Below, one piece after another: positions 53,696 to 64,000 of a DNA stretch of 64,000 nucleotides. The notes under the pieces are model-generated. The model did not search any database. It was not told where the DNA came from and saw nothing but the letters and a program-made list of their open reading frames with translations. The stretch spans positions 16,182,001 through 16,246,000 of the forward strand of contig JBHGNT010000014.1 in the NCBI GenBank assembly GCA_043228905.1, written 5' to 3'. Position 1 is the stretch's first letter, and each line of letters opens with the position of its first letter. The position numbers and the translations under genes were made by a program. Source of the stretch: Azolla caroliniana (taxonomy: Eukaryota > Plantae > Polypodiophyta).

Positions 53696-54835
53696 AATAT
53701 GTCGAGTTGTTACGCTCTTCGCGTGTGGAAAGAGGTGGGACCGTGGGGGCCTTGTACCAAGGAGCGTGAGAAGAAGAGAGAGTGAGAGAGAGCAACTTGC
53801 AGAAACATAGATGGAGAGAACAATGTCTTAATTATAAATCAATAACGATTACAACCGGCAAGCTGGCGACGGACCCAACTCAGGCAAACACACAAACGCA
53901 CACGATGCTCACGCACGCACACATCCCGATTGCACAATGGAGCCTCTGCCGGAAGCACCCAGGCTGTCCACGAAGCAGAGGCAACACAGGCCGAAATCCT
54001 GCAGAGAAAGACGAACGATGGAGGAGAGAGCTCGGTCCCGGTCTGATAGCACTTCGTCCTCGCTCCCCAAAACGTGATATCTTCTTCCTCCCCTTTTATA
54101 GGCCGTCTAGCAGGCCGTTGCACCCTCGTTTTTATCAATTTTTTCTCTGTCCGAAACACTTGGATTTCCTAGACATTCAATGCGTCACATCTAGTCTATT
54201 TACACCCATCGTCCTACTCCTAGTTATGTACAAGGTATTAATTAGCGTGGAAAGTGTAAAGTCGGTTCATGCGCCTTGCGTCGCCGATTCCGCTTCTGGA
54301 CGGTTTTCTTCACGATAACGTCTCCAAACTATCTGGGAGGGAACTGAGCGGAAACAACGCGAGTACCTCATCGTCTAGAGGTATCTCCAACGAGGTTGTC
54401 TGATTTATAAGCCCCTTGAAGGCATTCATGTGCTCCGCCATGCTGGAGCCGTCTTGATATCTGAGTCTTACTAACTTCCAAAAGACCGAGACTCGATTTA
54501 CGACATTCTTGTTCTCAAACATGATGCCTATTTTCTCCTAGAGTTCGTGAGCTTTCTTCTCCTCATTGAAGTTGTTATACAGGATCATGTCGATGAAGCA
54601 TTTGATGTAGGTTGTCGTCTTCATGTGCATCATCTCCCATGTTGATGCATCAATCTTGTTTGGTCTTTTGTCCTTGAACTGTACCGGCAACCAAAGATCT
54701 TTAACCACTAGCATGTCCCTCAACTTCGACTTCCACACTGAGTAGTTGGAGTCGGTGAGCTTGAACATGCCACCAAATGGATCTTCCATGCTCTTGCTTT
54801 TGTTTGAAGTTTAGAACTTCGCTCTGATACAAGAT

Positions 54836-55090
54836 TGATAGAAATAGTGCTCGGCCAAAACTGAGTTCCACAATGCAAATGGAAGATTGAACAGAAATTA
54901 AGAAGGCACTTAACAAGATGGAAGGGACGACACCAAATGTTAACGTGGAAAACCCAGATTGGGAAAAACCACGGGAGTCCATAGACTCCAAACTATACCA
55001 CTAGAGAGAGGAAGGGTGCAATGAGAGCATCAGAGGCAACAATCTCGAGCTCTGTCTTCGCCAACCGACGGTTACAACATAAAATACTTT

Positions 55091-55127
<37 letters not shown>

Positions 55128-55385
55128 CCCAGACCGTCTCTTTGTACAACAATAACAACTTAATAAAAATGATCTACAACTATAGTATTGCCCTAATTAT
55201 ATTTATACTTATATAACTTTAGGGCTAATTACAAATATGACAATCAACAGTCACATTGGAACATATTTACTAATATGTCTGGCTGGATGCCAACCGAATC
55301 CATCCGATATGGTTCCTTCAGCTTGTCTGATCCGGCTCGTCCGATTCTCATCCGGATCCCATCCGGAGGGACCGGCTTCCCAACA
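54836..55385 (-). repeat. 5' LTR of the copia element
   Basis: Direct repeat of 42760-43291; adjacent to the PBS TTGTATCAGAGC (one mismatch to TGGTATCAGAGC). Confidence 0.9.
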
Positions 55386-56125
55386 AAAAAAACCCAAGCC
55401 AACCTTTTATTATAGTGTTTTCATATTTTCTGTGTTTTTGCTTAATTTGGTGTTATTTTATGTTGATGAATTACTTCATTGCTTGTACTTGGTGCATAAT
55501 CTACAATGCTCATAGCTTTAGGAAACAAAAGATTGACATCACAAAAGATGAGGAAAACACCACAACCACCCATGATAAAAAAAATCCAATAAAGAGATCT
55601 AATGTCATAAGAGAAATCCACAAAAGAACCAATCTAAGAAAAACCCAAGCCAACCTTTTATTATAGCCTTTCATATTTTTAGTTTTTTGCTTAATTTGGT
55701 GTTATTTCGTGTCGATGAATTATTTCATTTCTTGTACTTGGTGCATAATCCACAATACTCATAGCTTTAGGAAACAAAAGATTGACATCACAAAAGATAA
55801 GGAAAACACCACCACCACCCATGATAAAAATAATTATCCAATTAAAGAGATCTAACGTCACAAGGGAAATCCACAAAAGAACCAACCTAAGAAAAACCCA
55901 AGCCAACCTTTTATTATAGCCTTTCATATTTTTAGTTTTTTTTCCTTAATTTGGTGTTATTTTGTGTCGATGAGTTATTTCATTTCTTGTACTTGGTGCA
56001 TAATCTACAATGCTCATAGCTTGAGGAAACAAAAGATTGACATCACAAAAGATGAGGAAAACACCACCACCACCCATGATAAAAATAATAATCCAATAAA
56101 GAGATCTAATCTCACAAGGGAAATC
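55386..56125. repeat. ~252-bp tandem repeat array; the first unit is split across 40927-41063, 42659-42759 and 55386 onward
   Basis: CCCAAGCCAACCTTTTATTATAG recurs at 55393, 55644 and 55897; the same unit sequence flanks the L1 and copia insertions. Confidence 0.9.
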
Positions 56126-57725
56126 CTTTTTTTTGTAGTAACACTTTTTTTTTTTTTTTTTTTTCCAAAATGAAGCTACTTTCCCATTAGTTAGGAAGGA
56201 TTATTACAAAAAGACTGTACACGGGGCTTATATACAAATCGGGAAATCTCCCTCCGAACAAGTACAAGAAAATGAGATTAGTTACTTAGCATAACGGGTT
56301 GACTACTCAATATAAGCAGATACCTATAGCTAAAAATGGTGCTCGTCAATTTTGGCTAGTACGAGACACCTCCTAGGGCCTACACCGCAGGGAGGGCGGC
56401 AAGTGACTCGGAAACAGCCAGCGTGGGGGCTGGTAGTTCCACCTCGGACCACTTCCTCCTTGTGTCACCATAGGCATGTTCCGCCATTTTTGCCAAAAGC
56501 GCAAACGGGCAGTGACCACATCGTTGGAATGGCTGCAAACCTCGTCCAACTGCCCTTGTAGGCAGCTGATAAGAGCAAACCATATGTCCATGATCACTTG
56601 GGAAACCTCAAAGTAAGGTGAAAACCCACAAAGCATAAAGAGAAATATACAAGTTTCAATTAGACACTAAAGAGCTTAGAAGCACTCAAAGTAAAGAGTG
56701 TAAATGTGCAATGTGATGTCTCTAAATTATAGACAATCAAATAGAGATTTCCTAGGGGATTGCTTAAAGAAGCTAACTTCATGCAATTGGTTTCGATCAA
56801 AGCGCTTATTATTGCGGGCCGTCCAAATGGTCCAGAGTGCCCAAAATCTTGTCCATTGGAGAAAATAGGCATTGCTAGATAGGGCGTACAGAATTTGTCC
56901 AAATAACCAAAAGTGTTTCCCAAACCTTCAGCCAGCAAATCTTTGAGAAAGAGATGCATTTAATTTTTGTACAAATGTTATAGGGAATGAGCAAGTCCAT
57001 AATAACTATGGGACTATTTCCAATCGTCCACCACATCTTGCACAATGCATCGAGGCTATTGATTGCTTTTGAAGATTCAAGCCAGTTAGGAGCACACCCA
57101 ATAGGCATCTCCATAGGAATACTTGTTGCTTAAGTGGAAGACCAGAGCTCCGTAACCTTGTAAGTTTGGTTTTCCACCAGGACTGTGTTTTGTGTAGGTG
57201 CCATAATGCATTTGCATGTTCGTGAAACCATGGGGTAGGTTGCAACAATATATACACTAAATGTGTTATAATCTTATTAATTGGAATAACAATGTTGCCT
57301 TTTTGTAACATCCAATCTTGAATCTTGCGATCTCCATTTGGAGGTGGCATAGGTACTAAAAAAGTACCAACTCTATGACTTGATTCCAGATAATGAGATG
57401 ATGCAACCTAGGACTATAACAACATGTCATTGAAGCCTAATAGGTGATCTTGGTAATTTACTAGATCTACAATTGATTTTAGCCCCTTCTTTGTTAAAAA
57501 AATAAGCTTTCTTATTATCTTGTTCAACTAGTGACTATAATATAACACTCCAATGTAAGCTTTCGAGGTGTAAAGAATTCCTTGCTTTTAAATTCATGCC
57601 TCTCCATTTTATGTGGTGCAATGCTTCCTTCCATTGATTGGCATATTTTCATGTGTGGAGGTTTCCAAACGAATGCATGAAAAGCATTCGTAAAAAAAGA
57701 GAGAGTTCATAAAGTCCCTCCTTTT
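56126..57725 (-). mobile_element. 5'-truncated L1 LINE with poly(A) tail
   Basis: Poly(T) on the plus strand at 56126-56164; zf-RVT-like segment WWKTKLTRLRSSGLPLKQQVFLWRCLLGVL...HCARCGGRLE; decayed upstream ORF2. Confidence 0.8.
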
Positions 57726-57729
57726 TAGT

Positions 57730-60518
57730 TGACTTCGAGAACATGGTCTGTATGCAAAGCTGGAAAAATGTAGTTTCGGGTACAACCAAGTGGAATTTCT
57801 CGGCTACATCATTTCGTTAGAAGGCATCTCCATGGACCTAGCTAGGGTCAAAATGGTGGTAAAATGGCAGACTCCGCGTTCAGTGCGGGATGTGCAATGC
57901 TTCCTAGGCTTTGCCAATTTTTACCGGAAGTTCATACACGATTACTCAAAGATCGTTCTACCTCTCACACAACTTACCAGGAAGGGACAACCGTTCATCT
58001 GGTCTGAAGAAACGGACATGGCCTTCGAGAGTCTTAAAAAGGCATTTACATCGGCTCCAATTCTAGCTCATGTCGATCCGGAAAAACCATTCATTATCGA
58101 AGCTGACGCATCGGATTTTGCATTGGGGAGCATTCTGTCACAACAGGGGAATGATGAGAAGCTACATCCTGTGGCTTTTCACTCACGCAAGTTTGACGCC
58201 GCTGAAATCAACTACGAAATTCATGATAAGGAGGTATTGGCAATAGTGGATTCTTTTATGCAATGGAGGCATTTTCTGGTGGGATCCTCTCATCCAGTCA
58301 CCGTATTTAGTGACCACAAGAATCTTGCCTACTTTCAGGATGCTCATATGTTGAATTGATGTCAAGCTCGGTGGGCCCACTTCCTCACGCGTTTCGACTT
58401 CAAAATTACATATCGTCCGGGGAAGCACCAAGGGAAGGCAGATGCATTATCACGGCGTTTGTATCTAGCACCCCGTCCCGGCGAGCCAGCTTTCGATAAC
58501 CAAAAACAAGTTATCTTGGGGCCGACACGACTACAAGCAACACAGATCATTGACATGCCCATGGATTCCCGCGTTATCAATACCATACATGAAGACTTGA
58601 AGACAGATGCGTTCGCCCAAGCTATACTAGCACAAATTGATCCCTCTCGAGCGTCGTGTTCACAGTCGCAACCACCAAGTACGGACTATCGGAAATTGAA
58701 ATACCATGATGGATTACTCTTCTTTAAAGAACTTTTGTATGTTCCTAATGGTTCTTGCCGCCTTCGAGTAGTACAAAACTGTCATGACACATATACAGCT
58801 GGGCATTTTGGTAGTACTAGAACATTACATTTAGTACAACGATCATTCTAGTGGCCCTGTATGCGACAATTTGTCGAGGATTTTGTTCGGACTTGTGATA
58901 CATGTTGCAGAGCGAAAATGCCAAGGCATCATCCATATGGTTTATTAGAACCATTACCAATTCCAAGCAACCCGTGGCAATCCATTGCTCTAGACTTCAT
59001 CACAGATCTTCCAGTCTCTAAGGGGTTCAATGCGATTCTAACGGTGGTCGATCGATATACGAAGATGGCTCATTTCTTGCCATGTACTAAGGAGATCTCC
59101 AGTGAAGACACTGCCGAAATTGTCATGCGTGAAGTATGTCGGCATCGTGGACTTCCCGATAGTATCATCAGCGACCGTGGACCCCAGTTCATGTCAAAAT
59201 TCTGGAAGCACCTTTTTAACATGCTCAAGGTCACTTGTAACCTCTCCTCCGGCTACCACCCACAAACCGATGGCCAAGCTAAACGAACAAATCAAAAACT
59301 GGAGCAGTATCTATGGTGCTTTCTCAGCTATCATCAGGATGACTGGGCAGATATTCTCCACTTCGCCGAATTTGCCTATAATAACTCTATCCACCCATCG
59401 ACTAAAGTTACGCCATTTTATGCTTATATGGGATGTCACCCCCGGTGGAGTGTACTTGAAACCCCAGAGGTGTCCACAAATCCGTGCGCGGAGGATTGTT
59501 TGGAGCGGTTACGCAAGATACAAGCGGATTTATCTACTCATCTCCAGTAAGCTCAACAAACACACAAGGTCTACGCGGATCGTCATCGACTTCCATCCAG
59601 TTTTAATATTGGAGATTGGGTGTGGCTGCTACGACGACACATCAAGACTACTCGCCCATGTGAGAAGTTGGATTATCAGCGATTAGGTCCTTTCCGTATT
59701 ATTGGACAGATTAATGATGTCGCTTTTCGTCTTGATCTACATCCTCAACTTCGGATACATCCGGTGTTTCATAGTTCTCTCCTCAAACCCTACCACGAGA
59801 GCACCATCCCAGGACGTCTTATCCAACCTCCACCCCCGATCGAGCTTGAAGATGGGCCGGAGTACGAGGTTGCCGCCATCCTTGATTCCAAGATTGTTCA
59901 CAACAAGCTCTACTATCTAGTCGATTGGCTAGGCTATAGTCCCAGCGAACGTACTTGGGAACCGATCGAGAATGTGACCAATGCTCGTGCTCTTCTTGAA
60001 GACTTCCATTGTCAATATCCACACAAACTGGGTCCTCAATCCAAGACGACTCGTGACACTCGTCGTTTTAAAGGGGGGATAGTCTCATGATATGGCAAGA
60101 CTCGAACCCATGACCTTAGGTTATATGGGTCGAGCTCTTGACCATTAGATCATCTATTGTAATACGTAGGATATTATTTTCATTTTCATTTTATTATAGG
60201 AAATTAGTTTTTATTCCAAAATTCTCTAGAACATTCTAGAAGCTTCAGGATTACTCCTGAAAACACTATAAAAGAGGGCACTAGGCATTATGTTGAACCA
60301 AATTGGTTCAATGCCAGTCTTAAGCCTCTTAGCCACCATTGTATATTCTCTTCACATAATACATATCTTTCTTATCATCACTCTCTCCCTCTCTCGATCT
60401 CTCTCTTTCTCTCCGTCTCGCTCACTTCTTCCTTCTCTCGAAGAAGTTCTACACCTCTCATAGTACTAATCCTTCATTTAGTACTAATTCCTTCTCTGTC
60501 TTAGTACTGTTCCTGACA
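57730..60518 (+). mobile_element. Tcn1/Tf2-like chromovirus (Ty3/gypsy), 5'-truncated: RT thumb-RH-IN-chromodomain + 3' LTR
   Basis: LYAKLEKCSF, FLGFANFYRKFI, EADASDFALG, NYEIHDKE, WQSIALDFITDLP, SGYHPQTDGQ; group I chromodomain YEVAAILDS...YYLVDWLGYSPSERTWEP; PPT AAGGGGGGATAG at ~60071; LTR ~60083-60518 (TCTCA...TGACA). A few in-frame stops. Confidence 0.9.
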
Positions 60519-61184
60519 TCAGTCGGCTTTGTCATTCTTGACTCTACCACTGTTGCCGTTTGTTATGACTTTATCGGATGTGCCGACTTCTTCAGTAAGC
60601 TCGGCTCCCTTTGTTTCGTTCGTTCTCCTTCTCTCCGACTGTTTCTTTGGTACCTTTACCTATCCCCCGCGTTCCTGTTCTCCCCCTCAAGTGCGGCATG
60701 TCAAGATGATGTAGCCCAAGCATCTCCGACAAATGCTACAACTTGTTTGATCCGAGCACCTTGGTGAAGATGTTGGCAACCTGCCGATCGGTTCGAACAT
60801 ACTAGAGTTCGACTTCACCGCTTAGGACTTGCTCGCGCACAAAGTGATAATGCACCTCGATGTGCATTGTGCGAGCATGGAACACGGGGTTCTTGGCCAA
60901 TTACATGCTATTGATGTTGTCGTAGTAGATCGGGATTGGAGTCGGTACTTCGATCCGTAAGTCTTGTAGTAGCCTCCGAAGCCATATGGCTTTACAGGTC
61001 ACAATGGTACCTCCTCCGTATTCAACCTCAGTGCTCGACAGAGCCACTATCGGCTGCTTCTTGTTGCTCCATGCAACAGTCGCGCTCATGAGAGAAAACA
61101 TGAATCCGTATGTTAATCAATGATCCGACACATCACCGCCCTAGTCAGCATCAATATAGCTGACTAGCTGTGCAACTACACCGT
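60519..61184 (-). mobile_element. Ty1/copia fragment (RNase H and 3' region) from a second copia family
   Basis: SYIDAD, AWSNKKQPIVALSSTEVEY, KNPVFHARTMHIEVHYHFVRE, QVANIFTKVLG. Confidence 0.85.
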
Positions 61185-64000
61185 TGTGGGGTTTGCTACG
61201 CCCTTGCGTGCAGAAAGGAGGAGGGACCACGGGGGTCTTGGACCGAAGAGCAAGAGAGAGAGGAGTAAGAGAGAGAGACCCGATTACACAGAACCGAAGA
61301 TTGCATAGGGACACGGCCCAACAAACAGAGATCACAAATAAACGCCGACGCAGATGGACGCAACAACGAAAGATATGTACTTATGAATGCAAGAAAATAA
61401 CAGACTAAAGTATTACAACCCACGGTGGGGCACGAAATAGATACTAACGAAAACGAACAGGGCGGCGAACAGATGCCGACCCCTGTATGTCGCGACGCAC
61501 AGAAAGGGAAAACAGGTCGGAGGTGCTGCAGGACGCGCTCGGGGCGTTCCACGGAACAGCGCAAGCCTCCTCGAAACCTGCACAGGTACGCGATGGAGCA
61601 GTAGACAGAGAAGGCAGGAGTGAGAGAGAAGCTCCGAAATCGGTTCGGCAGCACTTCGTCCTCTCCGCGCGAGATACCCCACTTCTAGTCTTCCTCCTCC
61701 TTTTATAGCCCGTCAAGAGGCCGTTTGGCATTAACTGCATACCAACCGAATCTACCCACCTAGGATCCTCGTATGTACCTACTTCGACCTTAGGTACTTC
61801 TTGGCACGCGTGTGTGTGTAGAGCCGTTTCCCACGCCTTGTTCCTCCGATTCCTCTTGTGGGCGGTTTTCTTCACGACATCCGCCCCCACCTAACCGCGC
61901 ATCCACCGGCATGCGCCAAATTAAGTTGGCACGGAGAAAACCGGCCCGCCTTTACTCTTCGCTTGCCGGCCCTTCCTCGGCCTCGGATCGGCCGTCGCTG
62001 CTGTCCAGGAGAATCAGGTCGGGTTCGTCGTCGTGCCGCTTCTTGAAAGCTTTGATCCTCTTCCCGGCCACGGGTATCGCTATTCTCGTACCGTCGAGTT
62101 CCGCCAGATGATACGTCCCGTTGTCGTTGGCGCTTTGTACCGTGTACGGCCCGAACCATCTCCGTGCGAACTTCCGCGTTGCTCGGTGCTGGTTGTCGAG
62201 GCTGCTGTCGTAGACGAGCACCCAGTCACCTTGTTCGATCTTCTTCGGTCGGAGTCGGTGCGTCCGGTCGAACCTGGCTTTGTTCTTTATCCTCGCCACT
62301 CGGATCCTTTCTGCAGCCGTCTCCACGTCCTCCGGTCTCCGTTCGAGTTGTCGTATACGCGCTGCCAACAACTCCTCCCGGCTCATCTCGTCCCTCCAGT
62401 CGACCGTTGCCCATGAGGAGATTGTTCGTTCCATCGGCATGATCGGCCCCTGGCCGAACATGAGCTCTGTCGGCATGTACCCGGTTACCGAACTGTGCGT
62501 AGTCCGGTCGGCCCACAAAGCATAAGGTAGAAGTCGCGGCCAGTTACCGACTTGGCCTCCGCATGCCCGAACCAGCGCTTTAACGATCGGCCCGTGTCCG
62601 CGCTCCACCTTTCCATTCGCCTCCGGGTTGTACGCAGTGGTGAGCGAGAGTTTGACTCCCAGCCGATCGAACAGCTCCGCGGCTTCCTCGGCGTCCAACT
62701 CCCCTCGGTCAGCCACGATCTTCCCGACGCACCCGTACCGGCATATCACATCCTCGATCAGGAACCGACACACGGCCGCGGTCGTCTTGTTCTGAAGGGC
62801 TCGGCCTTCCACCTGGTTCGTCAGGTCTTCCCGCGCTAGGACCAGATACCGCATCTGTCCTACCCCCATCGGCATCGTCACCAGATCTACCATCCATTTG
62901 AAATGGATGGCCGGAGGGTACGTAGGGTGAAGCTCGTCTCGATGTCGGACTATGGAGTGCATCTGGCAGCTCTCGCAAGTTGTCACGAACCGATGCACGT
63001 CCTGGTACAATCCCGGCCACCAGTACTTCCCCTTCAGCTTCTCAAATGTCGCCCACGTTCCACGGTGTCCAGCCCAAGGGCTGTCGTGGTAGGCCGCCAG
63101 TAGCTCCTCCTGTTCTTCCTTCATCGCCACCACCCGGAGCGGGACGCCGTTCCTCTTCTTCGGGTGCTTCCACAAATGCCCATCTCGGAGAAAGAATCGA
63201 TATGCTTTCTTCCGGATCCGGTTGGCCTCGTCCTTCGTCCATGACGCATCGGGCGTCATTGTCTTCAAAAACTCGCCGATCTGCAGCCACTCCCCGTCGT
63301 ACTTGCTCGCGTCGAACTCATTAAGCGCCGGAGTGCTCATCCCGTCGGTCGTTATGTATGCCGCCTCGAAGAAATCCACGCCGACTTCTTCGTCTTCCGA
63401 AACCATGCCGCCCTCGTCGTCGAACCTCGCCCTCGAAAGCATGTCGGCCATGGCGTTGTCTTTCCCGGAAATGTGTCGTATTTCCGGGTCCAGGGACTTG
63501 ATGTACGCTATCCACCTGAGCATCGCCAGGTCCGGAGTCGCGCATCCGGAAACCATACCGAGAATCGGCAGGCAATCCGTCTCGATGATCACTTCTGTCC
63601 CTATCAGGTAGTCTTTGTCGGCCTTAACCGCCGAAACAATACCCCAGAGTTCGCGTTTAACCTGGGCGTATCCTTGCTGCCGTTCACTGAGGACTTTCGC
63701 GCCGAATCGGATCGGAAACCGATTGCCGTCCTCGTCTTCCTGGTTCACGACCCATCCGATCCCGGTCGGACTGGTATCCACCGTTATGAATACCGGGGTA
63801 CCCTTCCCGTATACCGCCTTCCGGAGTGCCGGTGCCGCTGCAAGGGCCCCTTTCAGCTTCCGGACCGATTCCGCGTGCTCGTCTAGCCATTCGAACCTTC
63901 GCCCCTTTTTCAGCAACCCGTACAGTGGCTCCGCGACGTGTGCGTAATGCGGGATCCATATGTGGTAGAACGCGCATGCCCCCAGGAATCTCCGTACTTC
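61185..64000 (-). mobile_element. Second Ylt1-like Ty3/gypsy element (3' LTR 61185-61879 + pol), running off the window
   Basis: LTR ends CTTCACGACA next to PPT GGTGGGGGCGGA; preceded by CCGT in copia RH; pol is paralogous to 48533-50300. Confidence 0.92.
61952..64000 (-). CDS. Pol polyprotein C-terminal part (RT thumb, RNase H, integrase with HHCC, DDE and GPY), open
   Basis: 654-aa uninterrupted ORF continuing to the window edge: VDTSPTGIG, VKRELWGI, HDSPWAGH...CESCQ, VDLV, ADRGE, ANGKVERGH, RRWFGPY. Confidence 0.9.
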   Translation of the reverse strand, partial: EVRRFLGACAFYHIWIPHYAHVAEPLYGLLKKGRRFEWLDEHAESVRKLKGALAAAPALRKAVYGKGTPVFITVDTSPTGIGWVVNQEDEDGNRFPIRFGAKVLSERQQGYAQVKRELWGIVSAVKADKDYLIGTEVIIETDCLPILGMVSGCATPDLAMLRWIAYIKSLDPEIRHISGKDNAMADMLSRARFDDEGGMVSEDEEVGVDFFEAAYITTDGMSTPALNEFDASKYDGEWLQIGEFLKTMTPDASWTKDEANRIRKKAYRFFLRDGHLWKHPKKRNGVPLRVVAMKEEQEELLAAYHDSPWAGHRGTWATFEKLKGKYWWPGLYQDVHRFVTTCESCQMHSIVRHRDELHPTYPPAIHFKWMVDLVTMPMGVGQMRYLVLAREDLTNQVEGRALQNKTTAAVCRFLIEDVICRYGCVGKIVADRGELDAEEAAELFDRLGVKLSLTTAYNPEANGKVERGHGPIVKALVRACGGQVGNWPRLLPYALWADRTTHSSVTGYMPTELMFGQGPIMPMERTISSWATVDWRDEMSREELLAARIRQLERRPEDVETAAERIRVARIKNKARFDRTHRLRPKKIEQGDWVLVYDSSLDNQHRATRKFARRWFGPYTVQSANDNGTYHLAELDGTRIAIPVAGKRIKAFKKRHDDEPDLILLDSSDGRSEAEEGPASEE

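Larger units (their letters stand above)
47747..54317 (-). mobile_element. Ty3/gypsy non-chromovirus (fungal Ylt1-like) LTR retrotransposon nested in copia gag
   Basis: LTRs 47747-48395 and 53700-54317; 4-bp TSD ACGT; tRNA-Trp PBS; PPT GGTGGGGGTGGA; gag knuckle CMWCDAVGHIQKEC; protease VDHGSEINLM; RT (TPLGLVRMCTLSQGGTNSVAH); RH; IN with GPY motif. The IN zinc finger is deleted near 49421. Confidence 0.93.
42760..55385 (-). mobile_element. Full-structure Ty1/copia LTR retrotransposon (degenerate) carrying two nested Ty3 insertions
   Basis: LTRs 42760-43291 and 54836-55385 (TGATAG...CCCAACA); tRNA-iMet-type PBS at 54821-54832; PPT AGGGGGAGTT at 43292-43301; gag (MEDPFGGMFKLTDSNYSVWK), knuckle, protease WVVDFGVSFH, integrase TPELNGLVKRMN, RT (QLDVKTTFLH, LKKSLYGLKQAPRQW, LYVDDML) and RH (ALSTTEAEY); TSD GAAAA/AAAAA. 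Confidence 0.95.

Noticed and set aside
48300-53790. Many overlapping plus-strand ORFs in GC-rich DNA; possible bacterial contamination
   Set aside because: Antisense ORFs arise from high GC. The region is bounded by LTRs, PBS, PPT and TSD within a plant copia, so it is an integrated retrotransposon.

Overview
Eukaryotic, AT-rich, microsatellite-rich land-plant nuclear DNA. Gene structure and transposon content suggest a non-seed plant such as a fern, which is an inference. Three spliced host genes are supported: a WEB/WEMBL-family coiled-coil protein (-, 5865-8432), a TFIIS-central-domain + SPOC protein of the BORDER/PHF3/DIDO type (-, 14097-20462) and a 10-exon phosphatidylinositol synthase (+, 26167-29174). 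The rest is mostly transposable elements. These include a decayed chromovirus (0.6-4.7 kb), four non-autonomous hAT elements, a near full-length L1 LINE in a (CT)n microsatellite and two 5'-truncated L1s. A full Ty1/copia (42760-55385) sits in a ~252-bp tandem repeat, and a Tcn1-like chromovirus and a second copia fragment lie at the right end. The most unusual signal is a GC-rich, fungal-like (Ylt1-type) non-chromovirus Ty3/gypsy family present three times. It has a tRNA-Trp PBS, 4-bp TSDs (CCGT, ACGT) and a G_GAU_UUU -1 frameshift site with a predicted pseudoknot. All three copies sit at (A/C)CGT sites inside copia coding sequence, co-oriented with the host element. No prokaryotic features, rRNA or tRNA genes, or CRISPR arrays were found. 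All coordinates were read by eye and may be off by a few bases.
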